Assembly (NCBI GenBank): GCA_963749865.1
Contig: CAVVOE010000010.1
Coordinates: 11,761-75,760 of the forward strand
DNA length: 64,000 nucleotides
Origin: an uncultured Actinomycetota bacterium
GTDB taxonomy: Bacteria; Actinomycetota; Actinomycetes; Propionibacteriales; Nocardioidaceae
Direction of reading: 5' to 3'
Every line of letters begins with the position of its first letter. Position 1 is the stretch's first letter. Both the position numbers and the translations under genes were made by a program. Positions 47,217-57,983 of the stretch are shown here, in pieces. The notes beneath the pieces are model-generated. The model saw only the letters and a program-made list of their open reading frames with translations, was not told the DNA's origin and searched no databases.

Positions 47217-47753
47217 TCAGCACCACTTCTCGGCCAGGGCCCGGATGACGTTCAGGTTCCGGTTGGTGGCCACGCCGAGGTACTTCTCGACGCTGGCGTT
47301 GGTGAGGGTCGCCTCGTGGTAGTTGTCGCCGAGCAGCAGGTGCACCGCGCGGCCGCCGACCTTGGCCACCTCGTCGGTGGTGATCGAGTCCTCGAGCTTC
47401 TTGATCGCGGCCGCCGTGGGGGCGTCCTTGCACAGCGACACGTAGTGCCTGCCGCTGTGCCCGAAGGAGGCGGCCTCCTCGGCGATCTCGCGCAGCTCCC
47501 TCTGGGTGAACACGATCGTCGGCACCTTGAAGCCCGCCTCCGCCTCGAACGCTGCCTCGAGCGCGGCCTCGATCTTGGCCCGCGAGCGCAGCGTGGTGTC
47601 GAACCGGACGTTGCCGGTGTTGATGTAGGTCGCCACGGCGGTGAACCCGGCCGCCTCCACGGCCTTGATGATCGAGGCCTTGGGGAACTTCCGGTTCGCA
47701 CCGAGGTTGATCGCCCGCAGGAAGCCGATGTAGGTCGCCACGGCGGGGATCAT
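47217..47753 (-). CDS. DUF1697 domain protein
   Basis: YIGFLRAINLGANRKFPKA..ATYINTGNVRF pattern. Confidence 0.7.
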   Translation of the reverse strand: MIPAVATYIGFLRAINLGANRKFPKASIIKAVEAAGFTAVATYINTGNVRFDTTLRSRAKIEAALEAAFEAEAGFKVPTIVFTQRELREIAEEAASFGHSGRHYVSLCKDAPTAAAIKKLEDSITTDEVAKVGGRAVHLLLGDNYHEATLTNASVEKYLGVATNRNLNVIRALAEKWC

Positions 47754-47890
47754 GCCACCCGGCTGGAAGCTGCCTGGCTGCCCAATTCGGTCGCGTTCGA
47801 CCGCGCTGCGGTCGCTGGCCAACGGCGCGAAGCTGCTCGACGACCACCCGGCGCTGCCGGACGGCGAGTGAAGCACCGACGTGGTGCGGG

Positions 47891-48646
47891 TCAGCGGACC
47901 CGCACCACGTTGGTCTTCGCCAGCTTGTCGTGGACGGCCTGCTTCTTGTCGTCCCAGAGCGGCCACAGGACGTCGAGCAGGGAGTAGATGCCGGTCAGCG
48001 AGCCGACGAACGGGATGAGCCCGAGAATCCCGACGCCGAACTGGCCCAGCCACCGGAGCAGCACGGTGCCGAGTGGCATCCGGCCGGGCTGGTCGCGCAG
48101 CCGCACCCGGAGCCCGACGATCAGCTTGCCGGGCGTCGCCTGCTTCCACATCAGGAAGCCCACGTGGTAGCCGAACCCGACCACCAGCTGGATCCCGAGG
48201 ACGAAGGCCAGCGGTCGGGCCAGGTCGCGCTGGAGCTGGGCGGTGTCGATGTTGCTGGTGTTCCCGGCCTCGCTGGTCCTCAGCACGTCGTCGAACCAGT
48301 CGCGGTAGATGTGGTAGGCGTCGCGGATCCAGGGCGTGGCGATGATGCCCGCGATGATCCCGACCACGATCGCGTCGAGGACGTAGGCCAGGACCCGCTG
48401 CCACCAGCCGGCCAGCGGCACGCCGTCCGGGGTGGCCGGGCGCGGCTTCGCCCCGGCGTACGTCGCGCCGTAGGCGCCGTAGGTCCCGGCGTACGCCGGT
48501 GCAGCGGCGTACTGATCCGCAGCGGTCGGCGGCTGGGCCGGCGCGATGTGCTCGGTCCAGCGAGTGCCGTCCCAGTACCGCAGCTGGGCGGGCTGCCCGG
48601 GCTGGGGCGGGACGGGATCGGGATGCCAGCCGGGCTGTGAGGTCAC
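47891..48646 (-). CDS. RDD-family membrane protein with N-terminal DUF2510-like motif
   Basis: GWHPDP..LRYWDGTRWTEH, then an RDD-type TM domain. Confidence 0.7.
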   Translation of the reverse strand: MTSQPGWHPDPVPPQPGQPAQLRYWDGTRWTEHIAPAQPPTAADQYAAAPAYAGTYGAYGATYAGAKPRPATPDGVPLAGWWQRVLAYVLDAIVVGIIAGIIATPWIRDAYHIYRDWFDDVLRTSEAGNTSNIDTAQLQRDLARPLAFVLGIQLVVGFGYHVGFLMWKQATPGKLIVGLRVRLRDQPGRMPLGTVLLRWLGQFGVGILGLIPFVGSLTGIYSLLDVLWPLWDDKKQAVHDKLAKTNVVRVR

Positions 48647-48664
48647 GGCCCGAGGCTAGTGTCC

Positions 48665-50410
<1,746 letters not shown>

Positions 50411-50427
<17 letters not shown>

Positions 50428-52201
50428 CCCACTCGCGGACCCGGTCGATGCGCTTGCGCAGCATCTCCGCGCTGGCGACCGCCGCGGCCGGGCCACCGCA
50501 CTCCTTGCGCAGCGCGGCGTGGGTGACGCCGTGGGCCTGGCCGGTGCGGTGGTGCCAGGCGGCGACCAGGCCGTTGAGCTCACGACGCAGCAGGGCGAGC
50601 TGCTCGTGGGTGGTCAGCTCGGGGATCTCGGGATCGGGGCGAGCGGGCTGCTTCTTGCGGCGGTCGCTCTGTCGCTGGGCCAGCAGCTGTCGCATCTGGT
50701 CGGGCTCGAGCAGGCCAGGGATGCCGAGGAAGTCCATCTCCTCCTCGGAGCCGACGTGCACCTGGCCCTCGTGGCCGAACTCGGCGCCGTCGAAGAGCAC
50801 CCGGTCGAAGTGGGCCTGGGAGCCGAGCGCCTCGAACGGCAGCCCGATCAGGTCGTCGGAGACTGGTTCGCCGGCCCGGGCCTGGGCCAGCAGGTCGTTC
50901 TCGGCGGCGAAGATGTCGTCCTCGCCGGTGATCCGGCGACCGAGGACGTGGTCGCGGGCGACCTCGAGCTCGGAGGCGTAGGTCAGCAGGTTCGGGACCG
51001 AGGGCAGGAACACCGACGCCGTCTCCCCACGGCCGCGGGCGCGGACGAACCGGCCCACGGCCTGGGCGAAGAACAGCGGCGTCGACGTGGTGGTGGCGTA
51101 GACGCCGACCGCGAGGCGGGGTACGTCGACGCCCTCCGAGACCATCCGCACGGCCACCATCCAGCGGCCCTCGCCGGTGGCGAAGTCGGCGATCCTCTTC
51201 GAGGCCCGCTTCTCGTCGGAGAGGACCACCGTGGGGGCCTCGCCCGAGACGGCCTTGAGCGCCTTTGCGTACGCGCGGGCTGAGTCCTGGTCGGAGGCGA
51301 TGACCAGCCCTCCGGCGTCGGGGACGTGGCGGCGTACCTCCGAGAGCCGCGTGTCGGCGGCCGCGAGCACCGACGGGATCCATGACCCCTCGGGGTCGAG
51401 CGCGGTGCGCAGCGCCTGCGAGGTCAGGTCCTTGGTCAGCGGCTCGCCGAGCCGGGCGGCGATCTCGTCGCCGGCGCGGGTGCGCCACTGGAGCTCGCCG
51501 GAGTAGGCCATGAAGAGCACCGGCCGGACCACGCGGTCGCCGAGCGCCTCGGCGTACCCGTAGGTGTAGTCGGCCACCGACCGCCGGATCCCGTCATCGC
51601 CGGGGGCGTAGGACACGAACGGGATCGGGTTCACGTCGGAGCGGAACGGCGTGCCGGTCAGCGCCAGCCGCCGGTGCGCCGGCTCGAACGCCTCGCGCAC
51701 GCCCTCGCCCCACGACAGCGCGTCGCCCGCATGGTGGATCTCGTCGAGGATCACCAGCGTCTTGAACCGCTCGGTGCGGATGCGGAGCGCGAGCGGGTTC
51801 GCCGCGACGCCGGCGTAGGTGACCGCGATGCCGAGGTAGTCCTGTGAGGTCCTGCCCTGGCCGGCGCTGTACGCCGGGTCGATCGGGATGCCGGCGCGGC
51901 TGGCCGCCTCGGCCCACTGGAGCTTGAGGTGCTCGGTCGGCGCCACGACCGTGACCCGGTCGACCAGCCGGCGGCCGAGCAGCTCGGCCGCGACCGAGAG
52001 CGCGAACGTCGTCTTGCCGGAGCCCGGCGTCGCGACCGCGAGGAAGTCGCGCGGAAGCCGCTCGAAGTACGCCGTCATCGCCGCTGACTGCCACGCGCGC
52101 AGCGGCGTCGCCGTGCCCCAGGCCGCGCGCTCCGGCCACGCCGGACCCAATGAATGAGCTGACCCCGGGGCGAGAGGAGCGGCGTCGTCGCCGCGGGTCA
52201 C
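50411..52201 (-). CDS. DEAD/DEAH-box helicase, XPB/ERCC3-like
   Basis: Walker A ATPGSGKT and DEIHH box. The GTG start at 52201 overlaps the stop of the upstream small gene (GTGA). Confidence 0.8.
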
Positions 52202-52479
52202 TCGGTGGAGCCCGAGTCGCCGGACCCGTCGTTGATCGACTCCCAGACTTCCTTGCACTCCGGGCAGACCGGGAACTTCTCGGGCGCGCGGCTCGGCACC
52301 CAGACCTTGCCGCAGAGGGCCACCACCGGCGTGCCCATCACCATCGCCTCGGTGAGCTTGGCCTTGTCGACGTAGTGGCTGAACCGCTCGTGGTCGCCCT
52401 CGTCGGTCGGGACCGTCCGCTCCTCGTGCCGGACGTCGGTGTCGACTGCCGTCCTGGTCCCGAACCCGATGTTGCTCAC
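52198..52479 (-). CDS. DUF3039-like small protein with CxxC pair
   Basis: FSHYVDKAKLTEAMV..ALCGKVWVP..PVCPECKEVWE. Confidence 0.65.
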   Translation of the reverse strand: MSNIGFGTRTAVDTDVRHEERTVPTDEGDHERFSHYVDKAKLTEAMVMGTPVVALCGKVWVPSRAPEKFPVCPECKEVWESINDGSGDSGSTE

Positions 52480-52537
52480 CCGGCCAACTCTACGGCGCGC
52501 GGCAGGCTCGCGAGCATTCGACCGGCCAGGCTGTGGA

Positions 52538-53137
52538 TCAGTTGAGATCGGGGTCCACGGGACGCGTCGAGTGCCACGCCAGCTCGCCGGGCTGACGGCG
52601 CAGCACGTCGCGCCACAGCTCGGCCGGGTCGAGCCGGAAGGCGTCGACGGCCTCGCCCGGTACGACGTACCAGCTGCCTTCCTCGATCTCGGCGGTCAGC
52701 TGGTCCGTGCCCCAGCCGGCGTACCCGGCGAAGATGCGCATGCCGGCCAGCGAGCCGTTGACCAGCTCCACCGGTGTGTCGAGGTCGACCAGGCCGAGCA
52801 GTCCGTCGACCTCGCGGAAACCGACCGGCACGTCGTCGCCGTCGCGCAGCAGAGCGACCCCGAGCGCTCCCTCGGTGCTGACCGGGCCGCCGCGGAACAG
52901 CACCTCCGGCTCCGAGGCGATCTCGCCCCAGGTCTCGAGCACCTCGGCGACCGGGACGCCGGACGGGCGGTTGAGGACCACGCCCAGTGCCCCGCCGTCG
53001 TCGACGTCGAGCATCAGGATCACGGTGTCGACGAAGTTCGGGTCGAGCAGCTGCGGCGTGGCCACGAGCAGCATCCCGGCGCGTATCTCGGACGTCCGGT
53101 CGAGCATGACGACATCATCACCCATGCTCCCCGGCAT
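52538..53137 (-). CDS. YqgE/AlgH family protein
   Basis: LLVATPQLLDPNFVDTVILM..GVVLNRP..FRGGPV..AGYAGWGTDQL. The start (53137 or 53125) is uncertain. Confidence 0.8.
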   Translation of the reverse strand: MPGSMGDDVVMLDRTSEIRAGMLLVATPQLLDPNFVDTVILMLDVDDGGALGVVLNRPSGVPVAEVLETWGEIASEPEVLFRGGPVSTEGALGVALLRDGDDVPVGFREVDGLLGLVDLDTPVELVNGSLAGMRIFAGYAGWGTDQLTAEIEEGSWYVVPGEAVDAFRLDPAELWRDVLRRQPGELAWHSTRPVDPDLN

Positions 53138-53224
53138 CTGGCCAGCCGATAACGCGGACGACCCCGGCTCCGGCACTGGGGAGGGGAGGGAGCTGGTGCC
53201 GGGTCCGGGGCCGCCGCGATCGGG

Positions 53225-53758
53225 TCAGGCGGCGAGAGCCGCCTTCAGCCGACCCAGCAGGGTCGGCCGCTCGCCGTGCTCGAGGCTCTCGAGCACGTCG
53301 TACGCCGGCGAGGCCGCCTTGGCCTCGTCCTCGATGCGGGCACCGACGGCGGCCGCACGCGCGTCGTGCGCACTGGCGAGGCCGGCCATGACCGCGAGGA
53401 GCACGTGCTCCTTGGCCGCGGACTTCCGCATCATCTCGGCGGTCGCCTCGTCGCCCGGCCGGGCCCGGTGCTCGTCGAGGATGGCGCGGACGCCGGGCAG
53501 CTCGTCCGCCGTCGCCTGCCAGGCGCGCACGACGGCGGCCCGCAGGTCCATGGGCTGGTGGAGCTGCTCGCGCTCGATCCGGCCGGCGAGGCGGGTGTGC
53601 CACTTCAGCTGGAGGGCGCCGAGGAGCTCGAGCTGGTCGGCGAAGGTGGCCGGGACGCCGTCGACGTCTCGGGGAAGCTGTCCGTCGCGGCGCTGGTCGG
53701 CCGCGGCGATGACGTCGCGGAGCACGTCCCCGCGACGGTGGAAGGACGTCCAGGTCAT
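53225..53758 (-). CDS. Hypothetical protein (177 aa, helical)
   Basis: High-GC3 open frame with no recognised motif. Divergent from the TetR gene. Confidence 0.55.
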   Translation of the reverse strand: MTWTSFHRRGDVLRDVIAAADQRRDGQLPRDVDGVPATFADQLELLGALQLKWHTRLAGRIEREQLHQPMDLRAAVVRAWQATADELPGVRAILDEHRARPGDEATAEMMRKSAAKEHVLLAVMAGLASAHDARAAAVGARIEDEAKAASPAYDVLESLEHGERPTLLGRLKAALAA

Positions 53759-53803
53759 GGGCAGGTCCCTTCTCTCGGTCCGGTCCGGTCGGACCGGGAC
53801 TCA

Positions 53804-53850
53804 CATACCGTGAGTACGTACCCAGAGTACGCAGACATACTCTCGGTATG
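53804..53850. promoter_or_regulatory. 13-bp inverted repeat CATACCGTGAGTA ... TACTCTCGGTATG (12/13) with internal GAGTACG direct repeat; candidate TetR operator
   Basis: Read directly in the divergent region between 53758 and 53934. Confidence 0.45.
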
Positions 53851-53933
53851 CCAGCCGGGGGGCGGTGATGTCGCCCACGCCCACCGGCGACAGGACCCTC
53901 GCCATACCGACGGTAGGTCAGTAGCCTCACCGG

Positions 53934-54629
53934 ATGCCCAAGTCGGTCGCCCGCCTCGTGCCCAAGGTGCCGAGCGTCCCGGGGGCCAGCCGCCGCCAGC
54001 AGTACTCGGCGTCCACCAAGCGCGCGCTGATCGAGGTCGCCGAGGGGCTGTTCACCGAGCACGGCTACGCCAACACCTCACTGGACGCGATCGTCGCGGG
54101 AGCCCGGGTCACCAAGGGGGCGCTCTACCACCACTTCAGCGGCAAGCAGGCGCTGTTCGAGGCGGTCTTCGAGCAGGTCGAGACCGACGCCTCCAAGACG
54201 ATCAACAAGGCGCTCAAGGGCAGGAGGGACCCGTGGGAGAAGGCCCAGGCCGGCCTGCGCGCGTTCCTGGCGGTGGTCCGCGAGCCGCGCTACCGCCGGA
54301 TCGTGATCCAGGAGGGCCCCGCGGTGCTCGGCTACGAGCGGTTCCGCGAGCAGGAGGAGCGCTCGACCTTCGCCACCGTCCTCGACATCGTCCGCTCGGT
54401 GCTCGGCGCCGGGTCGTGGGAGCTCGACGAAGCGATGCTCCAGACCTTCGCGCGGATCTTCTTCGGCGCGATGTCCTCGGCCGGGGAGTCCGTCGCGACC
54501 TCGGAGGATCCCGAGGAGGCGGCGGACCGGGTCGAGGCCGCCATCGGCTTCATCATCGCCGGCTTCCGCTCCCTCGCCGACGCCGGCGTCGGGCTGCCCG
54601 ACACCCTCGCCGCCGAGGACGAGTCGTAG
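53934..54629 (+). CDS. TetR/AcrR-family transcriptional regulator
   Basis: ALIEVAEGLFTEHGYANTSLDAIVAGARVTKGALYHHF HTH. Confidence 0.88.
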   Translation: MPKSVARLVPKVPSVPGASRRQQYSASTKRALIEVAEGLFTEHGYANTSLDAIVAGARVTKGALYHHFSGKQALFEAVFEQVETDASKTINKALKGRRDPWEKAQAGLRAFLAVVREPRYRRIVIQEGPAVLGYERFREQEERSTFATVLDIVRSVLGAGSWELDEAMLQTFARIFFGAMSSAGESVATSEDPEEAADRVEAAIGFIIAGFRSLADAGVGLPDTLAAEDES

Positions 54630-54636
54630 CGGAAAG

Positions 54637-55662
54637 CTACCTCGCGAACACGACGTTGCCGCCGTCCTGCGGCACCAGCTCGATCCAGGTGCGGCCGGCC
54701 GGCACCTCGAGCTTGCCGGCCTTGGTGGACAGCTCCAGCGGCGCGTCGAGCGCGGACTTGGTCCAGGTGCCGCGCACCAGCCGGCCGTCGTGGAAGATCA
54801 TCGCCTGACCCTGGCCGGTGAACTGGGTCTCCGGCACCGGATTCCCGGCCGGGTCGCGGTAGCCCGCGTCGCCGACCTTGACCCGGAGCACCAGCACGGT
54901 GTCGGCCGGGAACTCGTCGCCGGCCTCGGCGTAGGTGTTCTCGTTGACGTAGGTGCCGTCCTGGAAGGTCCAGTTCGTCGTGTGGCCACCTGAGAAGCTC
55001 GCGGACAGCGTCCGCGCGGGCTGGCCGTTCGGGAAGTCCTCCGCGGCGCCCCACGGGAGGTAGTTGCCGGGCCGCTCCAGGTCGTCCTGGTCGACCAGGG
55101 TGGCGGTCTCGGTCATGTTGGTGAACAGGTTGTAGGGAGCGGAGCGGCTCGAGTCGCGGTAGAAGCCCTTGTCGCCCTCGGAGAAGAACGGGATGCCGGC
55201 GTCCTGGATCCGGTTGATCGTCACGTTCGCGGCGCCCGAGGTCACCATCGCACCGCCCGCCGGCGAGACGATGCCGATGTCGCTGGCGCGCATCGAGCGC
55301 ACCGGGCCGACGTCGCCGGGGATCCTGGAGTAGTAGAACGCCGCGAGGCGGGTCATGCCGCCCTCGACGAGCTCCTCCACCACCAGGTCCGCCTCGCCGA
55401 GCCCCACCTGGGGGGAGCTGGCGTAGGTGTTGTCCATCTTGAGCACCATCACCGGGTGCTCCTGCGCGGCCTCGTCGTCCCCGGTCACCGGCAGTCCGGT
55501 CAGGGGCCAGGTCGAGTCCAGGATCGAGCCGGCGGCCACGCTCTGGGCGTCGGGGCCACTGCCGGCGGACTCGTCGGACCCGCCCCCGCCGCCGCAGGCG
55601 GCGAGCGCGAGAGACGTAGCGAGGACCGCCAGGGCGGTCCGGGCGGTCACGGTGTGACGCAC
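54637..55662 (-). CDS. DUF3048 domain lipoprotein
   Basis: Lipobox LALAAC. WPLTGLP..KMDN..GLGEADLVVEELVEGGMTRLAAFY..GPVRSMR pattern. Confidence 0.7.
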   Translation of the reverse strand: MRHTVTARTALAVLATSLALAACGGGGGSDESAGSGPDAQSVAAGSILDSTWPLTGLPVTGDDEAAQEHPVMVLKMDNTYASSPQVGLGEADLVVEELVEGGMTRLAAFYYSRIPGDVGPVRSMRASDIGIVSPAGGAMVTSGAANVTINRIQDAGIPFFSEGDKGFYRDSSRSAPYNLFTNMTETATLVDQDDLERPGNYLPWGAAEDFPNGQPARTLSASFSGGHTTNWTFQDGTYVNENTYAEAGDEFPADTVLVLRVKVGDAGYRDPAGNPVPETQFTGQGQAMIFHDGRLVRGTWTKSALDAPLELSTKAGKLEVPAGRTWIELVPQDGGNVVFAR

Positions 55663-55817
55663 GTGCGTACTCCGTTCGTGAGCTCAGTCGGTTCTCGGGG
55701 AAGTTCTCTACTGAACTGGTGGACTTCGATCGTGCTACCAGCCTGACTCCCACGCCGGGAGGCGCGCCGACGTTCCCGACACGCCGCCCCGACCGGTCTG
55801 GAGCGGTGGAACGCGGG

Positions 55818-56585
55818 TCAGCCGAGCTTGGCGCCGCCGTCGACGTAGAGGGTCTGGCCGGTGACGTACGACGCCTCGTCGCTGCACAGGAACGCCGCCG
55901 CGGCGGCGATGTCGGCGGGCTCGCCGACCCGGCGCACCGGGTTCGCCTCGGCGTTGAGGCGGCGCAGCTCCTCGGGCTCCATCTTGAGGCGGCGGGCGGT
56001 CGCGTCGGTCATGTCGGTCGCGATGAAGCCGGGTGCGATCGCGTTGGCGTTCACGCCGTACGGCCCGAGCTCGATGCCGAGCGTGCGGGTGAAGCCCTGG
56101 ATGCCCATCTTGGCCGCGGAGTAGTTGGCCTGGCCGCGGTTGCCCAGCGCGGAGACGCTGGAGAGGTTCAGGATCTTGCCGTACTTCTGCTCGACGAAGT
56201 GCTTCTGCGCGGCCCGGGTCATCAGGAACGCACCGCGCAGGTGCACGCCCATGACCAGGTCCCAGTCCTCGTCGGTCATCTTGAACAGCAGGTTGTCGCG
56301 GGTGATGCCGGCGTTGTTGACCAGCACGTGGATCCCGCCGAGCTCCTCGACGACCCGCGCCACCGCAGCCTCGGCGGCGTCGGTGTTGCTCACGTCGGCT
56401 CCGACGCCGATCGCCTTCGCGTCACCCTGCAGGGGCAGCTTCGCGGCGGCGGCCGCTGCGGCGCCCTCGTCGAGGTCCACGACGGCGACCGAGGCACCCT
56501 CCTCCGCGAAGCGGGTGGCGCACCCGAAACCGATGCCCTGAGCAGCGCCCGTGATGACTGCGACGCGACCGTCGTATCGACCCAT
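55818..56585 (-). CDS. fabG: 3-oxoacyl-ACP reductase (SDR)
   Basis: TGAAQGIG, NNAG, and the S..YSAAK catalytic triad context. Confidence 0.85.
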   Translation of the reverse strand: MGRYDGRVAVITGAAQGIGFGCATRFAEEGASVAVVDLDEGAAAAAAAKLPLQGDAKAIGVGADVSNTDAAEAAVARVVEELGGIHVLVNNAGITRDNLLFKMTDEDWDLVMGVHLRGAFLMTRAAQKHFVEQKYGKILNLSSVSALGNRGQANYSAAKMGIQGFTRTLGIELGPYGVNANAIAPGFIATDMTDATARRLKMEPEELRRLNAEANPVRRVGEPADIAAAAAFLCSDEASYVTGQTLYVDGGAKLG

Positions 56586-56620
56586 GGCCCAGCACCATAG
56601 GGGAACCCCGCCAGAGGACC

Positions 56621-56680
56621 CAGTCGAGGCCGGTCGAGGCCGGTCGAGGCCGGGCGGGGCCGGGCGGGGCCGGTTGCGGG
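56621..56680. repeat. Six tandem decamers (CAGTCGAGGC, CGGTCGAGGC x2, CGGGCGGGGC x2, CGGTTGCGGG)
   Basis: Read directly. The array fills the gap between the HIT stop (56681) and the fabG start region. Confidence 0.85.
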
Positions 56681-57100
56681 TCAGGCCAGCGCGGTGCGCA
56701 GCCGGTCGCCGTACGCCGCCCGGTCGGCCGCGTCGGCGTACTTCGTGCGTGGCCAGAAGAAGCCGCGCAGCCCGTCCCCCTTGGTCCGCGGCACCACGTG
56801 CAGGTGCAGGTGCGGCACGGACTGGCTGACCACATTGTTCATCGCCACGAAGCTGCCCTGCGCGCCGAGGCCGTCGACCACGGCGGTGGCGAGCCGCTGC
56901 CCGGCGGCGAGGAACCCGTCCCGGAGCCCGTCCGGCAGGTCGGGCAGCGTCACGACGTGGTCGCGCGTGACCAGCAGCACGTGCCCCTTGAACACCGGCC
57001 GCTGGTCGAGGAAGGCCACGAACGCGTCCTCCTCCAGCACTCGCTCCGCATCGGTCTCGCCCGCGGCGATCGAGCAGAACACGCAGGCCGGGTCGCGCAT
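56681..57100 (-). CDS. HIT-family protein
   Basis: CVFC..., then the histidine triad HLHLHVVP. Confidence 0.88.
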   Translation of the reverse strand: MRDPACVFCSIAAGETDAERVLEEDAFVAFLDQRPVFKGHVLLVTRDHVVTLPDLPDGLRDGFLAAGQRLATAVVDGLGAQGSFVAMNNVVSQSVPHLHLHVVPRTKGDGLRGFFWPRTKYADAADRAAYGDRLRTALA

Positions 57101-57120
57101 GCGGCAAGACCTGGCCGCGC

Positions 57121-57459
57121 CTAGCGGGCCTTGCCGGCGACCGCGGCGGCCGCCCAGACCAGGTCGACGTCCGGCGCCATGTGCGCGAGGATCCGGCGCC
57201 CGGCGAGGAGCAGGTCGCGCACCTCCGGCACCGAGATCGAGTAGACGACCTCACCGTCGCGCCGGGTCGAGGCCACCATCTGCGAGCGCCGCAGGACGCT
57301 GAGCTGCTGGGAGAGGTTGCTGGCCTCGATCTCGACGTGCTCGCGCAGCTCGTGCACGGCATGGGGACGCTCGCTGAGCAGCTCGAGGATGCGGATGCGG
57401 GCGGGATGGCCGAGCGTGCGGAAGAGATCCGCCTTCGCTTGGTAGAGCGGTACGGCCAT
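57121..57459 (-). CDS. ArsR/SmtB-family transcriptional regulator
   Basis: ADLFRTLGHPARIRILELLSERPHAVHELREHVEIEASNLSQQLSVLR. The start could be ATG 57480. Confidence 0.85.
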   Translation of the reverse strand: MAVPLYQAKADLFRTLGHPARIRILELLSERPHAVHELREHVEIEASNLSQQLSVLRRSQMVASTRRDGEVVYSISVPEVRDLLLAGRRILAHMAPDVDLVWAAAAVAGKAR

Positions 57460-57562
57460 CACCAACCGAGCCCCCTTCATGGGCCACTGCGCCCCCGCAC
57501 AGCACCCGAGATGGCCAGTGTGGCACATGAAAATCTCTTCAAGTACTGTTCTGTTCAGCGTC

Positions 57563-57901
57563 ATGGGGATGGTCCCCTGCTCCGGGGACTGGAGGACTGC
57601 AGGAGTGGATCTGACCACCAACGACCAGAGGGCGTGGGCCCTCGCTCCGCATCTGGTGCTGGTCGGGTCCTCGGCCGGTTCGGTTGAGTGGATGAACCCC
57701 GAGACCGGCACCACCTGCCGGCTCGACCCGCAGGGGGAGTACGTCGTGCTGCGCCGGGTCGGCGACCGGATCATGCCGGTCGTGGCCGGCCAGATCCTGC
57801 ACGACGAGGCAGCCTCGCTGTTCGAGGAGCCCGAGTCGGTCCGCGCCCGGCGGGCCGCTGCGCACGCGATCGTGGCCGTCGACGAGGGCGTCCGGGACTG
57901 A
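57563..57901 (+). CDS. Hypothetical protein (112 aa)
   Basis: High GC3 in this frame. Divergent from the ArsR gene across an AT-rich spacer. No family recognised. Confidence 0.5.
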   Translation: MGMVPCSGDWRTAGVDLTTNDQRAWALAPHLVLVGSSAGSVEWMNPETGTTCRLDPQGEYVVLRRVGDRIMPVVAGQILHDEAASLFEEPESVRARRAAAHAIVAVDEGVRD

Positions 57902-57983
57902 GGAAGCCCCACGCCCGGTAACGATTCGGGCTCGGCCGCCGCTCGCCGCGAACTCCGGGGGCGACGCCCGCATCACGCAAGTC

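Noticed and set aside
56621-56680. Tandem repeats as a possible CRISPR array.
   Set aside because: The repeat unit is 10 bp with no spacers, and there are no cas genes in the window. It is a minisatellite, not a CRISPR array.
57460-57562. ArsR operator in the AT-rich spacer CATGAAAATCTCTTCAAGTACTGTTCTGTTCAGCG.
   Set aside because: Only the central AGTACT and the outer TGAA..TTCA are symmetric. I could not define a convincing 12-2-12 type ArsR/SmtB palindrome by eye.
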